The notes: generated by a model from the letters alone, not told the origin. A stretch of DNA of 34,547 nt from a candidate division WWE3 bacterium CG23_combo_of_CG06-09_8_20_14_all_40_14 (GCA_002770755.1 PCQY01000032.1:18344-52890), one strand, 5' to 3'; positions 1-9,015 are shown, numbered from the stretch's first letter. A program made the numbers and translations.

Positions 1-2206
1 AATAATCTACATCCAGACTTGGAGAAAAATCCCACTCCAAAACCACTAAGAAATCAAAAGCCTCCGCCCTTAAATTATCAACCGGTAAAGGACTTTCTGT
101 ATCCTCCTGCAAAAATTTTACAACAAAAGATTTTGTAGAAGAAGTGTTTCCAGCCTTGTCCAACGCTCTATAATAAAAAGTATGCCCCCCCTCTATAGAA
201 ATTAAGGGCTGGGAGTACACAAGCCATACTCCCGCTTCAGAATCGTACTGATATTCAATCTTATCCAGATTATCTTCTACCGCGCTTATAGTAATAGTTG
301 CGGGGCTAACGGAGCTTAAAGAATGTGAAACCTGAGGCGCAGTTTTATCAAAAACTATGCCGGAAGCCTCATTTGCCGTTTCTATGTTTCCCGCATTATC
401 GTAAGCCTTGTAGTAAATAACATAGTCCCCCTCAATTGGCGTAAAGGAATAATTCCAAGCACCCGTTCCAGCAGCCGTAAGCCAATGCTCGCTTAAATCA
501 AAATCTGCGCCATTCCAGTACTTATTTTCTCCCGGAGCTGTAACCACTTTAACTTTTAATTCCACTTTGGACACACCTGAATCAACATCCGTTGCAGTTC
601 CTGATATATCCCCACTCCATCCCGCCGCATTATAGAAACCTGCTGATGGAGAAGTAAAAAGCGAGGAAGGAGTTTGCGTATCCAGCCTAATACCATCGCT
701 CCAGCTAGAAGAATAAGTGTTTGCTGTATTACCCGCATTATCCACCGCTTTAACTTTTGCGTAATAAGTACTTCCCAAAGATAAAAGCGCAGCCTCCTCG
801 TTAGTTAAAGTGTAAGTTAAAACATTTCCAACATATTTCCATTTGTTAGGGGATGCAGAATCCAAATCTAAAGCATTGGTTTCATTGCCTGCCGTTGAAA
901 GCCAAAATTGATAATAGGAAACCCCCGAACCTGTCCCATCTAATGATTCTGGCCACTGAAATGTTAAATTGGGATTATTTGCCCATTCCCCGAAGTCCTC
1001 TGTTGGGACATTATTGGGTTTAGTTTTGTCCAGTTTAATAACATTCGCGGAGGTTTTAACCTCTTCAGAGTTGCCCGCGTTATCAACAGAAAAGTATTTT
1101 AAGTTATAAATCCCATCCGTTGTTACAGAAAAAGATGTCCCGCTATTTGAAAAATTAGTAGGGTTTTCGCCGTCCAAAGTATAATAAGTGTTAAAACAAC
1201 CAAAGTTGTCCGAGCAAGTTAAATTTACTAAAACATCCTCTTTACGCCAAAGAGAATCCAGCAGAGAATCTGTGGTTGCCGGCGGCGTAATGTCTATAGT
1301 CATTTTGCACCAAGACAGATATGGCGAGGTATCTGCCCAAACCGCATCGCTTATGGACGCGTTTCCATAAGTATCTATAGCCCTAACACGCACATAGTAA
1401 TTGCCCTCGCTTGCTCCATCCGAAACACCGGGTATAAAAGTGCCTGTGTAATTTGTTAGCTCGCCTCCGCTGTAAATTAGAGACCCGTCTTTAACCTCCT
1501 GTATTTGGTACATATTTATTCCCGAATCATCTAAAGCCTGCCCCCACAACCTGCGATAAGCCCCATCGTTTTTAAGGTAGCCGCCGCAAGGAACAAATCC
1601 ATCAATACCCACCCCATCCCCTGCGTATCCAATAGGCGGAATACTTTTTCCCCAGCCGGGATTACCCGGTATTACAGGAGGCACAGTATCTTCCCCACCG
1701 TTTGAAGCGCCTTTTGTGGGAATCGCAAAATTAGTTACTATACCCGTCCCGTTGGGATAAAGCCCCCAAAAATGGTCTGTCCCGGGGTCCCCAATATAAA
1801 TAAGTTTGGAAGCAATTGTAAGGTCGGGCTTATATAAAGTGACATGAGTTTCGTAATGTTTAAGGTCAAACCCAAATTTATTTGCGCCAACCCCTTTTTC
1901 CACCACCAAATAACCCCCTGCGGGGATAACTGTTCCAGCTGTAAATGTAACATTAGGACCCCCTATGGTGGGTCCGCTGTCGCTGTTGTTAAGTATCCAG
2001 CCGCCAATATCAATAGAGGAGTCTCCCGGATTGTAAAGCTCCACCCAATCAATGTCATCCTGCGGATAAGGAGATAGTTCGTTTATAATAGGAACGGAGG
2101 ACGCTTCTACGGGATTTGCGGACAGAAAACATCCTGCAATAACAACCAAAATTGCAAAAAATATTTTACTATATAAGTTCTTTAAGTGGACAGGTAGTAA
2201 TGTTAT
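1..2206 (-). CDS. Large secreted/surface protein: signal peptide, lamin-tail domain (LTD) and multiple Ig/FN3-like repeats; truncated by the left window edge
   Basis: Absent from the ORF track. Manual translation of the minus frame is stop-free from 2206 to 1: KNLYSKIFFAILVVIAGCFLSANPVEA (signal peptide), IINELSPYPQDDIDWVELYNPGDSSIDIGGW (LTD), repeated Y..A.D.AGN and D.T.P motifs, YYTLDGENP. The start is uncertain because no in-frame ATG precedes the signal peptide; ATA at 2206 is proposed. Confidence 0.85.
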   Translation of the reverse strand, partial: MTLLPVHLKNLYSKIFFAILVVIAGCFLSANPVEASSVPIINELSPYPQDDIDWVELYNPGDSSIDIGGWILNNSDSGPTIGGPNVTFTAGTVIPAGGYLVVEKGVGANKFGFDLKHYETHVTLYKPDLTIASKLIYIGDPGTDHFWGLYPNGTGIVTNFAIPTKGASNGGEDTVPPVIPGNPGWGKSIPPIGYAGDGVGIDGFVPCGGYLKNDGAYRRLWGQALDDSGINMYQIQEVKDGSLIYSGGELTNYTGTFIPGVSDGASEGNYYVRVRAIDTYGNASISDAVWADTSPYLSWCKMTIDITPPATTDSLLDSLWRKEDVLVNLTCSDNFGCFNTYYTLDGENPTNFSNSGTSFSVTTDGIYNLKYFSVDNAGNSEEVKTSANVIKLDKTKPNNVPTEDFGEWANNPNLTFQWPESLDGTGSGVSYYQFWLSTAGNETNALDLDSASPNKWKYVGNVLTYTLTNEEAALLSLGSTYYAKVKAVDNAGNTANTYSSSWSDGIRLDTQTPSSLFTSPSAGFYNAAGWSGDISGTATDVDSGVSKVELKVKVVTAPGENKYWNGADFDLSEHWLTAAGTGAWNYSFTPIEGDYVIYYKAYDNAGNIETANEASGIVFDKTAPQVSHSLSSVSPATITISAVEDNLDKIEYQYDSEAGVWLVYSQPLISIEGGHTFYYRALDKAGNTSSTKSFVVKFLQEDTESPLPVDNLRAEAFDFLVVLEWDFSPSLDVDY

Positions 2207-2215
2207 AGTTATAGT
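2187..2215 (+). promoter_or_regulatory. Sigma70-type promoter for pgk
   Basis: TGGACA (2187-2192), 17 nt, TATAGT (2210-2215); an alternative TGnTATAGT lies at 2201-2209. Confidence 0.45.
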
Positions 2216-2241
2216 ATAGAAACTTTTTTTATAGATGGCAA
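2213..2241 (-). promoter_or_regulatory. Sigma70-type promoter for the LTD/Ig surface protein
   Basis: TTGCCA (2241-2236), 17 nt, TATACT (2218-2213), then 6 nt to an in-frame ATA. Confidence 0.55.
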
Positions 2242-3269
2242 TAAAAACTTTAAGTGATATAAAGGATTTGAAAAATAGAAATGTTTTGGTCCGCGTGGAT
2301 TTTGATGTTCCTATAAACGAAGGGGGACAAGTCGCAGACGCAACGAGAATTGAAAAGTGCCTGCCAACTATGCAATATCTTTTGGATAAAGGCGCAAAGT
2401 TAGCCCTTGTAACAAAAATCGGTCGGCCGAAAGACAACAAAAAAACCTCCACCAAAATCTTGACACCTGTTTTGGAAAAACTTCTAGGTGTGGAAGTTAT
2501 ATGGGTAGCAAATCCACTGGATCCTGGAATACTTAAATTGCTTAGTAACCCTGCCAAAAGTATCCTCCTACTTGAAAACATCCGCTTTTATAGAGAGGAG
2601 GAAAAAGCCGACGAAACTTTTGCCAAAAACCTTGCCAAACCTTATGATTTGTATGTGAATGAGGCGTTTGCTATGTGCCATAGGAATGAAGCCTCTGTTT
2701 CTATTGTGCCAAAATTTCTGCCTAGTTACGGGGGATTTAGATTAATTAGGGAAGTAGAAACATTAACCGCGCTTTTAAAAAACCCGCAAAGGCCTTTTGT
2801 CGCGGTAATAGGAGGAGCAAAATTAGAAACCAAACTTCCCGTAATTGAAAATCTAGCAAAATTAGCGGATAAAGTGTTGGTAGGAGGAGCTCTGCCCTTT
2901 TCGCACTTCTTCCCTTCTAAGTTGCATAAGCTATCAAATGTACTTATTCCTTCCGACTCTGTTAACGGCAGAGATATTGGTCCTCAAACCATTTCAATAT
3001 TTAAAGCAGAACTTTCAAAGGCAAAAACTGTTGTATGGAACGGTCCTATGGGGGTGTTTGAGGATAGTAAATACGCTAAGGGGACTGTGGAAATTGCAAG
3101 GTATATCTCTAGTTTAAGCGCTTTCAAAGTTGTGGGCGGAGGGGATACCATATCCGCTGTAACAAAAGCGGGAGTTTTGGAAAAGATGGATTTTGTTTCT
3201 ATGGGAGGGGGAGCAATGTTAACATTGCTTGCGGAAAAGCCAATGCCAGGGCTAACTTCCCTAAAGTAA
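2235..3269 (+). CDS. pgk: Phosphoglycerate kinase (short form)
   Basis: VLVRVDFDVP, LLENIRF, IGGAK, VWNGPMGVFE, GGGDT and SMGGGA motifs. Confidence 0.95.
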   Translation: MAIKTLSDIKDLKNRNVLVRVDFDVPINEGGQVADATRIEKCLPTMQYLLDKGAKLALVTKIGRPKDNKKTSTKILTPVLEKLLGVEVIWVANPLDPGILKLLSNPAKSILLLENIRFYREEEKADETFAKNLAKPYDLYVNEAFAMCHRNEASVSIVPKFLPSYGGFRLIREVETLTALLKNPQRPFVAVIGGAKLETKLPVIENLAKLADKVLVGGALPFSHFFPSKLHKLSNVLIPSDSVNGRDIGPQTISIFKAELSKAKTVVWNGPMGVFEDSKYAKGTVEIARYISSLSAFKVVGGGDTISAVTKAGVLEKMDFVSMGGGAMLTLLAEKPMPGLTSLK

Positions 3270-3291
3270 AAAGTTCTGCCCTCCAAAAATG

Positions 3292-4035
3292 TTAACCTCG
3301 TTTCCTCCCAATATTAGGCTCTGCTCCATATTCGGGAAAAATCAAATCTCCCCACGACTTTATTTTTCCCTTGGAATAATTGAAACTATTGGCAATAGAA
3401 ACCCCAATCTTAAGCCCCGTAAAGGAACCCGGACCCTTATTAACATCTATTCTTGAAATATCGTCAATGGATACATTACTATTCTTTAGAATTTTTTTAA
3501 TGAGTATAAACTCATCCTCTATACCTGATACCTTGCCAATAATTTTGGAACCTTTGAAAATTTTAATAATCTTTTTGTTTCTATCCGTAGTATCCAAATA
3601 TAATCTCATAGTACAAGGAGTATCCTTTTTAAGAGATATATTACGCACATTTTTGGAGACAAACTTAAACCTAATTTTCAAAATGTTCTTAGGCAGAAGT
3701 CTTCCCATTTTTTCAGGCCATTCTATTAAGCAAATGGTATTTTCGTCCTCCAACAATTCAGATAACCCTAGGTCTAAAACCTCCTCTTCTGACTTTATTC
3801 TATACAAATCAATATGCGCAATTCTAGGTTTACTGCCATAAAACCTAACAAAAACAAAAGTGGGGCTTTGAACTTTATCCTTAAAACCCAATCCTTCCAC
3901 AAAACCTTGAACAAAAGTAGTTTTTCCATACCCCAGGTTGCCGTATAAAGCGATAATTTCTCCGCCCTTAAACTTTTTCGCTAAGTTAGAAGCCAATTTT
4001 TTAGTTTGGCTGGCAGAATTCGTAAAAATTTCCAT
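3292..4035 (-). CDS. tsaE: tRNA t6A biosynthesis ATPase TsaE fused to a short TsaB-like domain
   Basis: GNLGYGKT P-loop, VQSPTF, HIDLYR, IEWPE; the C-terminal ~105 aa start MRLYLDT and contain GPGSFTGLKIG (TsaB signature). Confidence 0.9.
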   Translation of the reverse strand: MEIFTNSASQTKKLASNLAKKFKGGEIIALYGNLGYGKTTFVQGFVEGLGFKDKVQSPTFVFVRFYGSKPRIAHIDLYRIKSEEEVLDLGLSELLEDENTICLIEWPEKMGRLLPKNILKIRFKFVSKNVRNISLKKDTPCTMRLYLDTTDRNKKIIKIFKGSKIIGKVSGIEDEFILIKKILKNSNVSIDDISRIDVNKGPGSFTGLKIGVSIANSFNYSKGKIKSWGDLIFPEYGAEPNIGRKRG

Positions 4036-4382
4036 ATAAACACTGCTCCTAACAATGCTCCTATTAAATCAACTGAAACATCTTCTATTCTACCATTTCG
4101 GCCGGGAACAAACCGCTGATGGAACTCGTCGGATAAAGCATAGAAAAACACAAATAGAAAACTCAAAGCGCCTTTTTTCCTAAATGCTTTATAAGAAAAA
4201 ACAAAAAGAATGCCATATTCAAACAAATGAGCGCCCTTATGCAGAATAAAATCTATTAAGGGGTTTTTAGAAACGCTGGCGCCGGGAAGGGAGGAGCCCG
4301 CAAAAATAACACTGCACCATAAAGCTAACAGCAAATACCTGCTGTTAAGGATTTTCCGACTTAAAATTTTTCCAAAGGCCAT
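3981..4382 (-). CDS. VanZ-like family membrane protein
   Basis: HKGAHLFEYGIL and YALSDEFHQRFVPGR...DV..D motifs with hydrophobic helices. Confidence 0.9.
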   Translation of the reverse strand: MAFGKILSRKILNSRYLLLALWCSVIFAGSSLPGASVSKNPLIDFILHKGAHLFEYGILFVFSYKAFRKKGALSFLFVFFYALSDEFHQRFVPGRNGRIEDVSVDLIGALLGAVFIWKFLRILPAKLKNWLLT

Positions 4383-5637
4383 AAATTCTTTTTCTAAACA
4401 TTACTATTATACCAGCAAAAACGGCGGGAAAGATAATTACAAACCCTACCCACCGAAAAGAATTTTTATTATTTACAACTTCGGAAACGGTTTCATCCAA
4501 AGCTAAATTTTGAGCGCTGGGAACAAATTCACTCACGCCTTCTTTAATTTCAAACGAGTCGGGAATTTTTATATCCGATTTAGCGAAACTTGCGGATAAC
4601 ACCTGTCCAGAGCTTTCATCGTTGGGAAGGACATCCTCCGCATTTAGAACTTCTCCCTCTTCTTTCTCCTCCTCAACTTCTCCGTTAACAATTTCATTTT
4701 CTTCCCCCGGAGTGGGTTCTTGGGTCAGCTTAAAATCTCCAGAATCATCTAATGCGTAGGAGTAACCTGTTTGGCAATCCTCGTAGCTTGTTTCGTCCAC
4801 TACCTCATTATTTGGATTAAGAAGGCGAACGCTGTCCCCGCCAGTATTGTTGAATCTGCTAGAAGAAAAGAAAATAACAAAATACTTTTCCTTTTTAACG
4901 GTTAGACTTTTTCCAATCTTATCCTCATCCAAAGTGTACGGGGACGCGCCACCATCAACCACATCATCTATTTTCCAAGCTGTTAAATCCAAATCTTCTC
5001 CAGTATCGTTGTAAATTTCCACCCACTCTTCCTCATCCTTTTCAGGGCAAGCCATAAACTCCGTAATTTTTACATTGTCCGGGTAATTGACTTCTTCCTC
5101 TTCCACCTCCTCTACTTCCTCCTCATTCCCTTCCTCTTCTTGCTCTATCTGCTTCTCTAAAACCGGACAAGACGGGATAGCAGGGTTATCAGAAAACTTC
5201 CACTCATCACCATTTAACAAAATGGAATATCCTTTTCGTGTGTTTTTATAGTCCAGAGTACAAACAACTAACCCTTCTGCATTCAAAACACGCACACTAT
5301 CCCCACCACTATCATTAAATCCAGAAAATTCGAAATGTCCGCAAGAGCCAACTTCTAAAATTCCCCAAATATCTTTAGGCTTGGAACCCTCTTCAATGTC
5401 ATCTATCTTCCAACTGGTAAGATTTATAGAAGTTGCGCCAAAATTGTAAATATCCACCCACTCTTTTTGCCCTGTTTCTGGGCGAGGCATAAATTCCTTT
5501 ATTCTTATATCTAAAGCACACTTAACATTATCAACTTGCGGACTTGTTTCAGCCAACACATTCACAGGACTTAAGAGAACTCCCAACCACGCGATCGCAA
5601 AGCCATAGAAACATCTACATCCCCATTTACTGAACAT
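4345..5637 (-). CDS. Surface protein with two lamin-tail domains, acidic linkers and a C-terminal membrane anchor
   Basis: Two I.EFM..P....EWV.IYN....LT.WKIDD repeats, Glu-rich linkers, C-terminal TM helix followed by RKR. Start moved to ATG 5637 to reduce overlap with the upstream gene. Confidence 0.85.
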   Translation of the reverse strand: MFSKWGCRCFYGFAIAWLGVLLSPVNVLAETSPQVDNVKCALDIRIKEFMPRPETGQKEWVDIYNFGATSINLTSWKIDDIEEGSKPKDIWGILEVGSCGHFEFSGFNDSGGDSVRVLNAEGLVVCTLDYKNTRKGYSILLNGDEWKFSDNPAIPSCPVLEKQIEQEEEGNEEEVEEVEEEEVNYPDNVKITEFMACPEKDEEEWVEIYNDTGEDLDLTAWKIDDVVDGGASPYTLDEDKIGKSLTVKKEKYFVIFFSSSRFNNTGGDSVRLLNPNNEVVDETSYEDCQTGYSYALDDSGDFKLTQEPTPGEENEIVNGEVEEEKEEGEVLNAEDVLPNDESSGQVLSASFAKSDIKIPDSFEIKEGVSEFVPSAQNLALDETVSEVVNNKNSFRWVGFVIIFPAVFAGIIVMFRKRIYGLWKNFKSENP

Positions 5638-6820
5638 GTAAGAAATAAGACACCGTTTCATCGTCATGGACAATGTATTTTATATTAATCATACTTGAAC
5701 TTCCGCAGGCTTCCCGCGTGGAATAGAGGTCCCCATCTTCCGGCGCTCTTACAACAGAACTTGCGTTTGAAACCATATCAAATCCAGTATGAATTCCTCC
5801 AGAATACTTATATCTCCAAGAATACGGCGTTTTCCCATAATCCTGTGTTAAAATTATGGTATCACTTAAGGGCCATGCCCAGTCACCATCTCCAATTTCT
5901 CTATATTCATCTGCCGTTGCATCATAAACGGTCTTGGATTCCAGATAATCAGAAGGGTCTACCCACTGATTATTTTCTCTAATTTCAAAATGAAGGTGCG
6001 CTCCTGTAGAACACCCCGGATAACCGGAATTTCCCACTACCGCAATAGCATCTCCCTTTTTAACATGCCCTGATAACAACCCTTTTCCAACAGCTGCATC
6101 CAACGCAGCAAACTCCGCCAAAGCTTTTCTTAAAAGCTCCTGATAAGTAGCCTCATCATTTTTCGTATCTGCGAGCAGCTTTTCCTTTTCCCCCTTGCTT
6201 ACCTCTAACTCACCTCTGTATTCCTGCGCGGTGCGTTTTTCCTGCTCTATAGACTTTTTTAAAGCCTCTACCTTACTTTTTTTATCCTCCAGTATAACTT
6301 TTTGACTGGTAAAATTCCGCTTCGTTTCCTTAAACTCTGCCAAAAGTTTGTTATCCTGCTCCTGCGCTACCCTCAAATACTTTAAACGATTAATCACATC
6401 TGAGAGACCCTGAGAATCAATAAACAAATTAAGAGATAGGGCTCTCTCGGATTTGTACCTAACCCTAACCCGCTCTTCCAAAATTCTTTCCTGCTCGCTT
6501 AAAGCTTCGGACACCCTATATATTCTATTCTCCATATTTTCCACATCTTTAGACAATACATTTAATTCTTTTTCCTTTTGCACTATCTTATTTTCAGCAT
6601 CTCTTATTTTTAGTTCCACATAACCTATCCTAATATCCAAATAAGTTATTTCGCCCGTTAAACTTTTGGCTTCGGCTGAAAGCTCTCGCAGTTTCTGCTC
6701 ATACTCTCGTATTTTATCCTGAAGATCCGATTCTTGAGCAAATAACACAGTATGCCTAAAAAGCAAAAACGATGAAAAAATTAAAAGCAAAAAACACGAG
6801 AAAAAATGAAGGGGCCTCAT
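5627..6820 (-). CDS. EnvC/PcsB-like coiled-coil peptidoglycan hydrolase or activator with a permuted M23 domain
   Basis: Signal peptide, long coiled coil, STGAHLHFEIR and HTGFD motifs; directly downstream of ftsEX. Confidence 0.88.
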   Translation of the reverse strand: MRPLHFFSCFLLLIFSSFLLFRHTVLFAQESDLQDKIREYEQKLRELSAEAKSLTGEITYLDIRIGYVELKIRDAENKIVQKEKELNVLSKDVENMENRIYRVSEALSEQERILEERVRVRYKSERALSLNLFIDSQGLSDVINRLKYLRVAQEQDNKLLAEFKETKRNFTSQKVILEDKKSKVEALKKSIEQEKRTAQEYRGELEVSKGEKEKLLADTKNDEATYQELLRKALAEFAALDAAVGKGLLSGHVKKGDAIAVVGNSGYPGCSTGAHLHFEIRENNQWVDPSDYLESKTVYDATADEYREIGDGDWAWPLSDTIILTQDYGKTPYSWRYKYSGGIHTGFDMVSNASSVVRAPEDGDLYSTREACGSSSMINIKYIVHDDETVSYFLHVQ

Positions 6821-7698
6821 TATATCTTAAGGTATTTTCTTAAAGCAATTATACTGCCAAAAGCTCCCAGCAAAGCTCCGAACACAAGTTCAATTCCCAA
6901 AAGCGCCAGTACCGTAAAAACTGTGAAAGCGGGAATTGGAATGCCCGAAAATACATTATTGAAATACGGGTAAATAAAAGGAAGAATCGCTCCAATAAAG
7001 ACCATTGAAATAAACGCCGAACCCACACCATAGAAAATTCCCTGCGCCAAAAAAGGTCCTCTAATATGCCAATCGGAGGCGCCTATAAGACGCATAACAA
7101 CAATCTCCTCTTTTTTGGAATGAATGGCGGAGCTTATAGTAACCAACACTACCAAAATAGAAATTAACCCTAAAACACCCACCAAGAAAAGACCTGCGTA
7201 TTTAACGGTATCCGCCCATTTTTGGAATGTTGCAATAACATCTTTGTAATAAACTACTTCTTCCACCCCCTCCACTTTCTCAAGCATCCCGGCTAAAATA
7301 GGCAAATCCTTAATGTTCTTCGCCCTCACATCCAAACTTGCGGGAAAAATACTGCTTGAGATAGACTCAAGCAATAACGGCTCGCTTTTGTGCTGACCCA
7401 TATATATTTTTAAGGCTTCCTCTTTTGACACATATACTACTTCTGCCGTCAAATCCGTTTCTTCCAGGCTTTTCTTTGTGCTAATAATACTCTCCTCCGC
7501 CGAAGAATCCTTAAAAAAAGCGGTAACCTGCGCTTTGGATTCCAAATGCCTTAAAACTATGTTTGAAATGTAGGCAGAGATAATAAAAAGGCTTGACACA
7601 AAAAAGGTCAAAGTCATAACAATAACTGATGTGGCTGTGGACCACCCACTTCGTTTTATATTTTTTAATGTTACACCCAGCACTTTCTTAAAATTCAT
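6820..7698 (-). CDS. ftsX: Cell division permease FtsX
   Basis: Four-TM layout, YVSKEEAL, EIVVMRLIGASDWHIRGPF; follows ftsE. Confidence 0.93.
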   Translation of the reverse strand: MNFKKVLGVTLKNIKRSGWSTATSVIVMTLTFFVSSLFIISAYISNIVLRHLESKAQVTAFFKDSSAEESIISTKKSLEETDLTAEVVYVSKEEALKIYMGQHKSEPLLLESISSSIFPASLDVRAKNIKDLPILAGMLEKVEGVEEVVYYKDVIATFQKWADTVKYAGLFLVGVLGLISILVVLVTISSAIHSKKEEIVVMRLIGASDWHIRGPFLAQGIFYGVGSAFISMVFIGAILPFIYPYFNNVFSGIPIPAFTVFTVLALLGIELVFGALLGAFGSIIALRKYLKI

Positions 7699-8360
7699 AT
7701 CTTTTTCCCGGAAACTAACCTTCCTTTTTCAATTTTAATATCTCGTTTGTTCAAAGAGGAAACCACATCCAAATTGTGGGTTGCCACAACGACTGTAGTC
7801 CCCCACCCATTTATTTTCTCAAGCAGATTTACAATTTCCCAGCCAGTGGCGGGATCAATCATACCGGTTGGCTCATCGGCTAGTAATATTTTGGGTTCGT
7901 GGACTAAAGCTCTAGCTATTGCCACTCTCTGCTTTTCTCCGCCGGATAAAAGGCTCGGAAAAGAATTGATTTTCTCAGAAAGACCCACCAAATTAAGAAC
8001 TTCACCCACCGCATCTTTTATATCTTTATCCCCTCTGCCGACCACTTCTAAAGTTAAAGCCACATTTTCAAAAACCGTGAGGCTTTCTAAAAGCTTAAAA
8101 TCCTGAAAGATAAATCCAATTTTTCGTCTTAAACTCGGCACCTCTTTAGGCTTTATTTTAGTTATTGAATTTTCATCAACAAAAATCTCGCCTAAGGACG
8201 GGGTTTCTTCCCTGATAATAAGCTTTAGCAAAGATGTTTTGCCAGCCCCGCTTGGACCTGTTATAAAAACAAACTCCCCGCCTTTTATGGAAAAATTTAT
8301 ATCTTCTAAAGCAAGGGTTCCATCGGAATATTTTTTTGACACATTATCAAATACAATCAT
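7695..8360 (-). CDS. ftsE: Cell division ATP-binding protein FtsE
   Basis: GPSGAGKT, LSGGEKQRVAIARA, ADEPTG; adjacent to ftsX. Confidence 0.93.
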   Translation of the reverse strand: MIVFDNVSKKYSDGTLALEDINFSIKGGEFVFITGPSGAGKTSLLKLIIREETPSLGEIFVDENSITKIKPKEVPSLRRKIGFIFQDFKLLESLTVFENVALTLEVVGRGDKDIKDAVGEVLNLVGLSEKINSFPSLLSGGEKQRVAIARALVHEPKILLADEPTGMIDPATGWEIVNLLEKINGWGTTVVVATHNLDVVSSLNKRDIKIEKGRLVSGKKI

Positions 8361-8384
8361 AATTTTTACGCGAAATATCTTTCA

Positions 8385-8452
8385 AGTTGACCACGCGAAG
8401 CGGGCTCGTCTAATCGCGGAAGATGCCACAGCTTTAGCCGTGGATTCTTCAC
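8385..8452 (+). mobile_element. Orphan IS200/IS605-family right-end remnant (PATE/MITE-like)
   Basis: GATGCCACAGCTTTAGCCGTGGATTCTTCAC: a CCAC(A)GC-TTTA-GC(C)GTGG hairpin followed by terminal TCAC, typical of IS200/IS605 right ends; no tnpA or tnpB nearby. Confidence 0.6.
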
Positions 8453-8823
8453 TTAAAAGAGAGAGCTTCAACTTTTAACACCGTCTCGCCAGAAATATTT
8501 CTTTCCAAAATTCCGGAGACCTCAGCATATCTGCCTTCAACGAGCTTTAGTTTAGCGTCTTCTGCGGTAAGAATGACTATTAAATTGCCGTCTTTATCCA
8601 AAAGCTCGTAAGAAGATGCTCCAGAAGGCACCACTTTTCCCGCATAAGTAACCAATCCTCTTTTGCCGGAGGGAAGTTTAATGTAACCGCTGGAACTCTC
8701 TTGAACAACAGGGGTATCTTCCACCAAAGGACTTTTTTCCTTGGGGGCAATTTTTCTAAAAAGGACAATGGAAGATAACAAAACTACTAAAGATGCGGTT
8801 AAAAGGACAACTTTCTTCTCCAT
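8449..8823 (-). CDS. Small membrane-anchored hypothetical protein, possibly with an OB-fold-like C-terminus
   Basis: N-terminal TM helix (MEKKVVLLTASLVVLLSSIVLF) and a beta-rich C-terminus; ATG 8823 lies 6 nt after TATAAT (8835-8830). Confidence 0.75.
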   Translation of the reverse strand: MEKKVVLLTASLVVLLSSIVLFRKIAPKEKSPLVEDTPVVQESSSGYIKLPSGKRGLVTYAGKVVPSGASSYELLDKDGNLIVILTAEDAKLKLVEGRYAEVSGILERNISGETVLKVEALSFK

Positions 8824-8871
8824 ATAATCATTATACACTATACGCAAAATCAAAGGGCAATATCAAAATTA

Positions 8872-8882
8872 GGGTTAAACCC
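8872..8882. repeat. GGGTTAAACCC palindromic repeat, left copy
   Basis: Identical to 16640-16650; 8873-8886 is also the reverse complement of 16621-16634. Confidence 0.7.
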
Positions 8883-8979
8883 AAATTGTCCTTGAATAAT
8901 GGATTAATAGATAGTAAACTAAAGTTAGTTAGGCAACATTTTCCTCAAAAATAATTTTTCTCTTTTACTCCACCCAAAT

Positions 8980-9008
8980 TTGCCTTATTTTTCATTATTT
9001 AGTACAAT
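8980..9008 (+). promoter_or_regulatory. Promoter of the TA module (leaderless-type)
   Basis: TTGCCT, 17 nt, TACAAT, 7 nt, ATG 9016. Confidence 0.65.
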
Positions 9009-9015
9009 AGTGCTT

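Noticed and set aside
556-2077. Short ORFs 556-738, 1188-1370, 1738-1953 and 1844-2077
   Set aside because: Shadow frames of the long minus-strand LTD/Ig gene
5090-5150. TCC/TTC-rich repeat tract
   Set aside because: Encodes a Glu-rich linker between the two LTD domains
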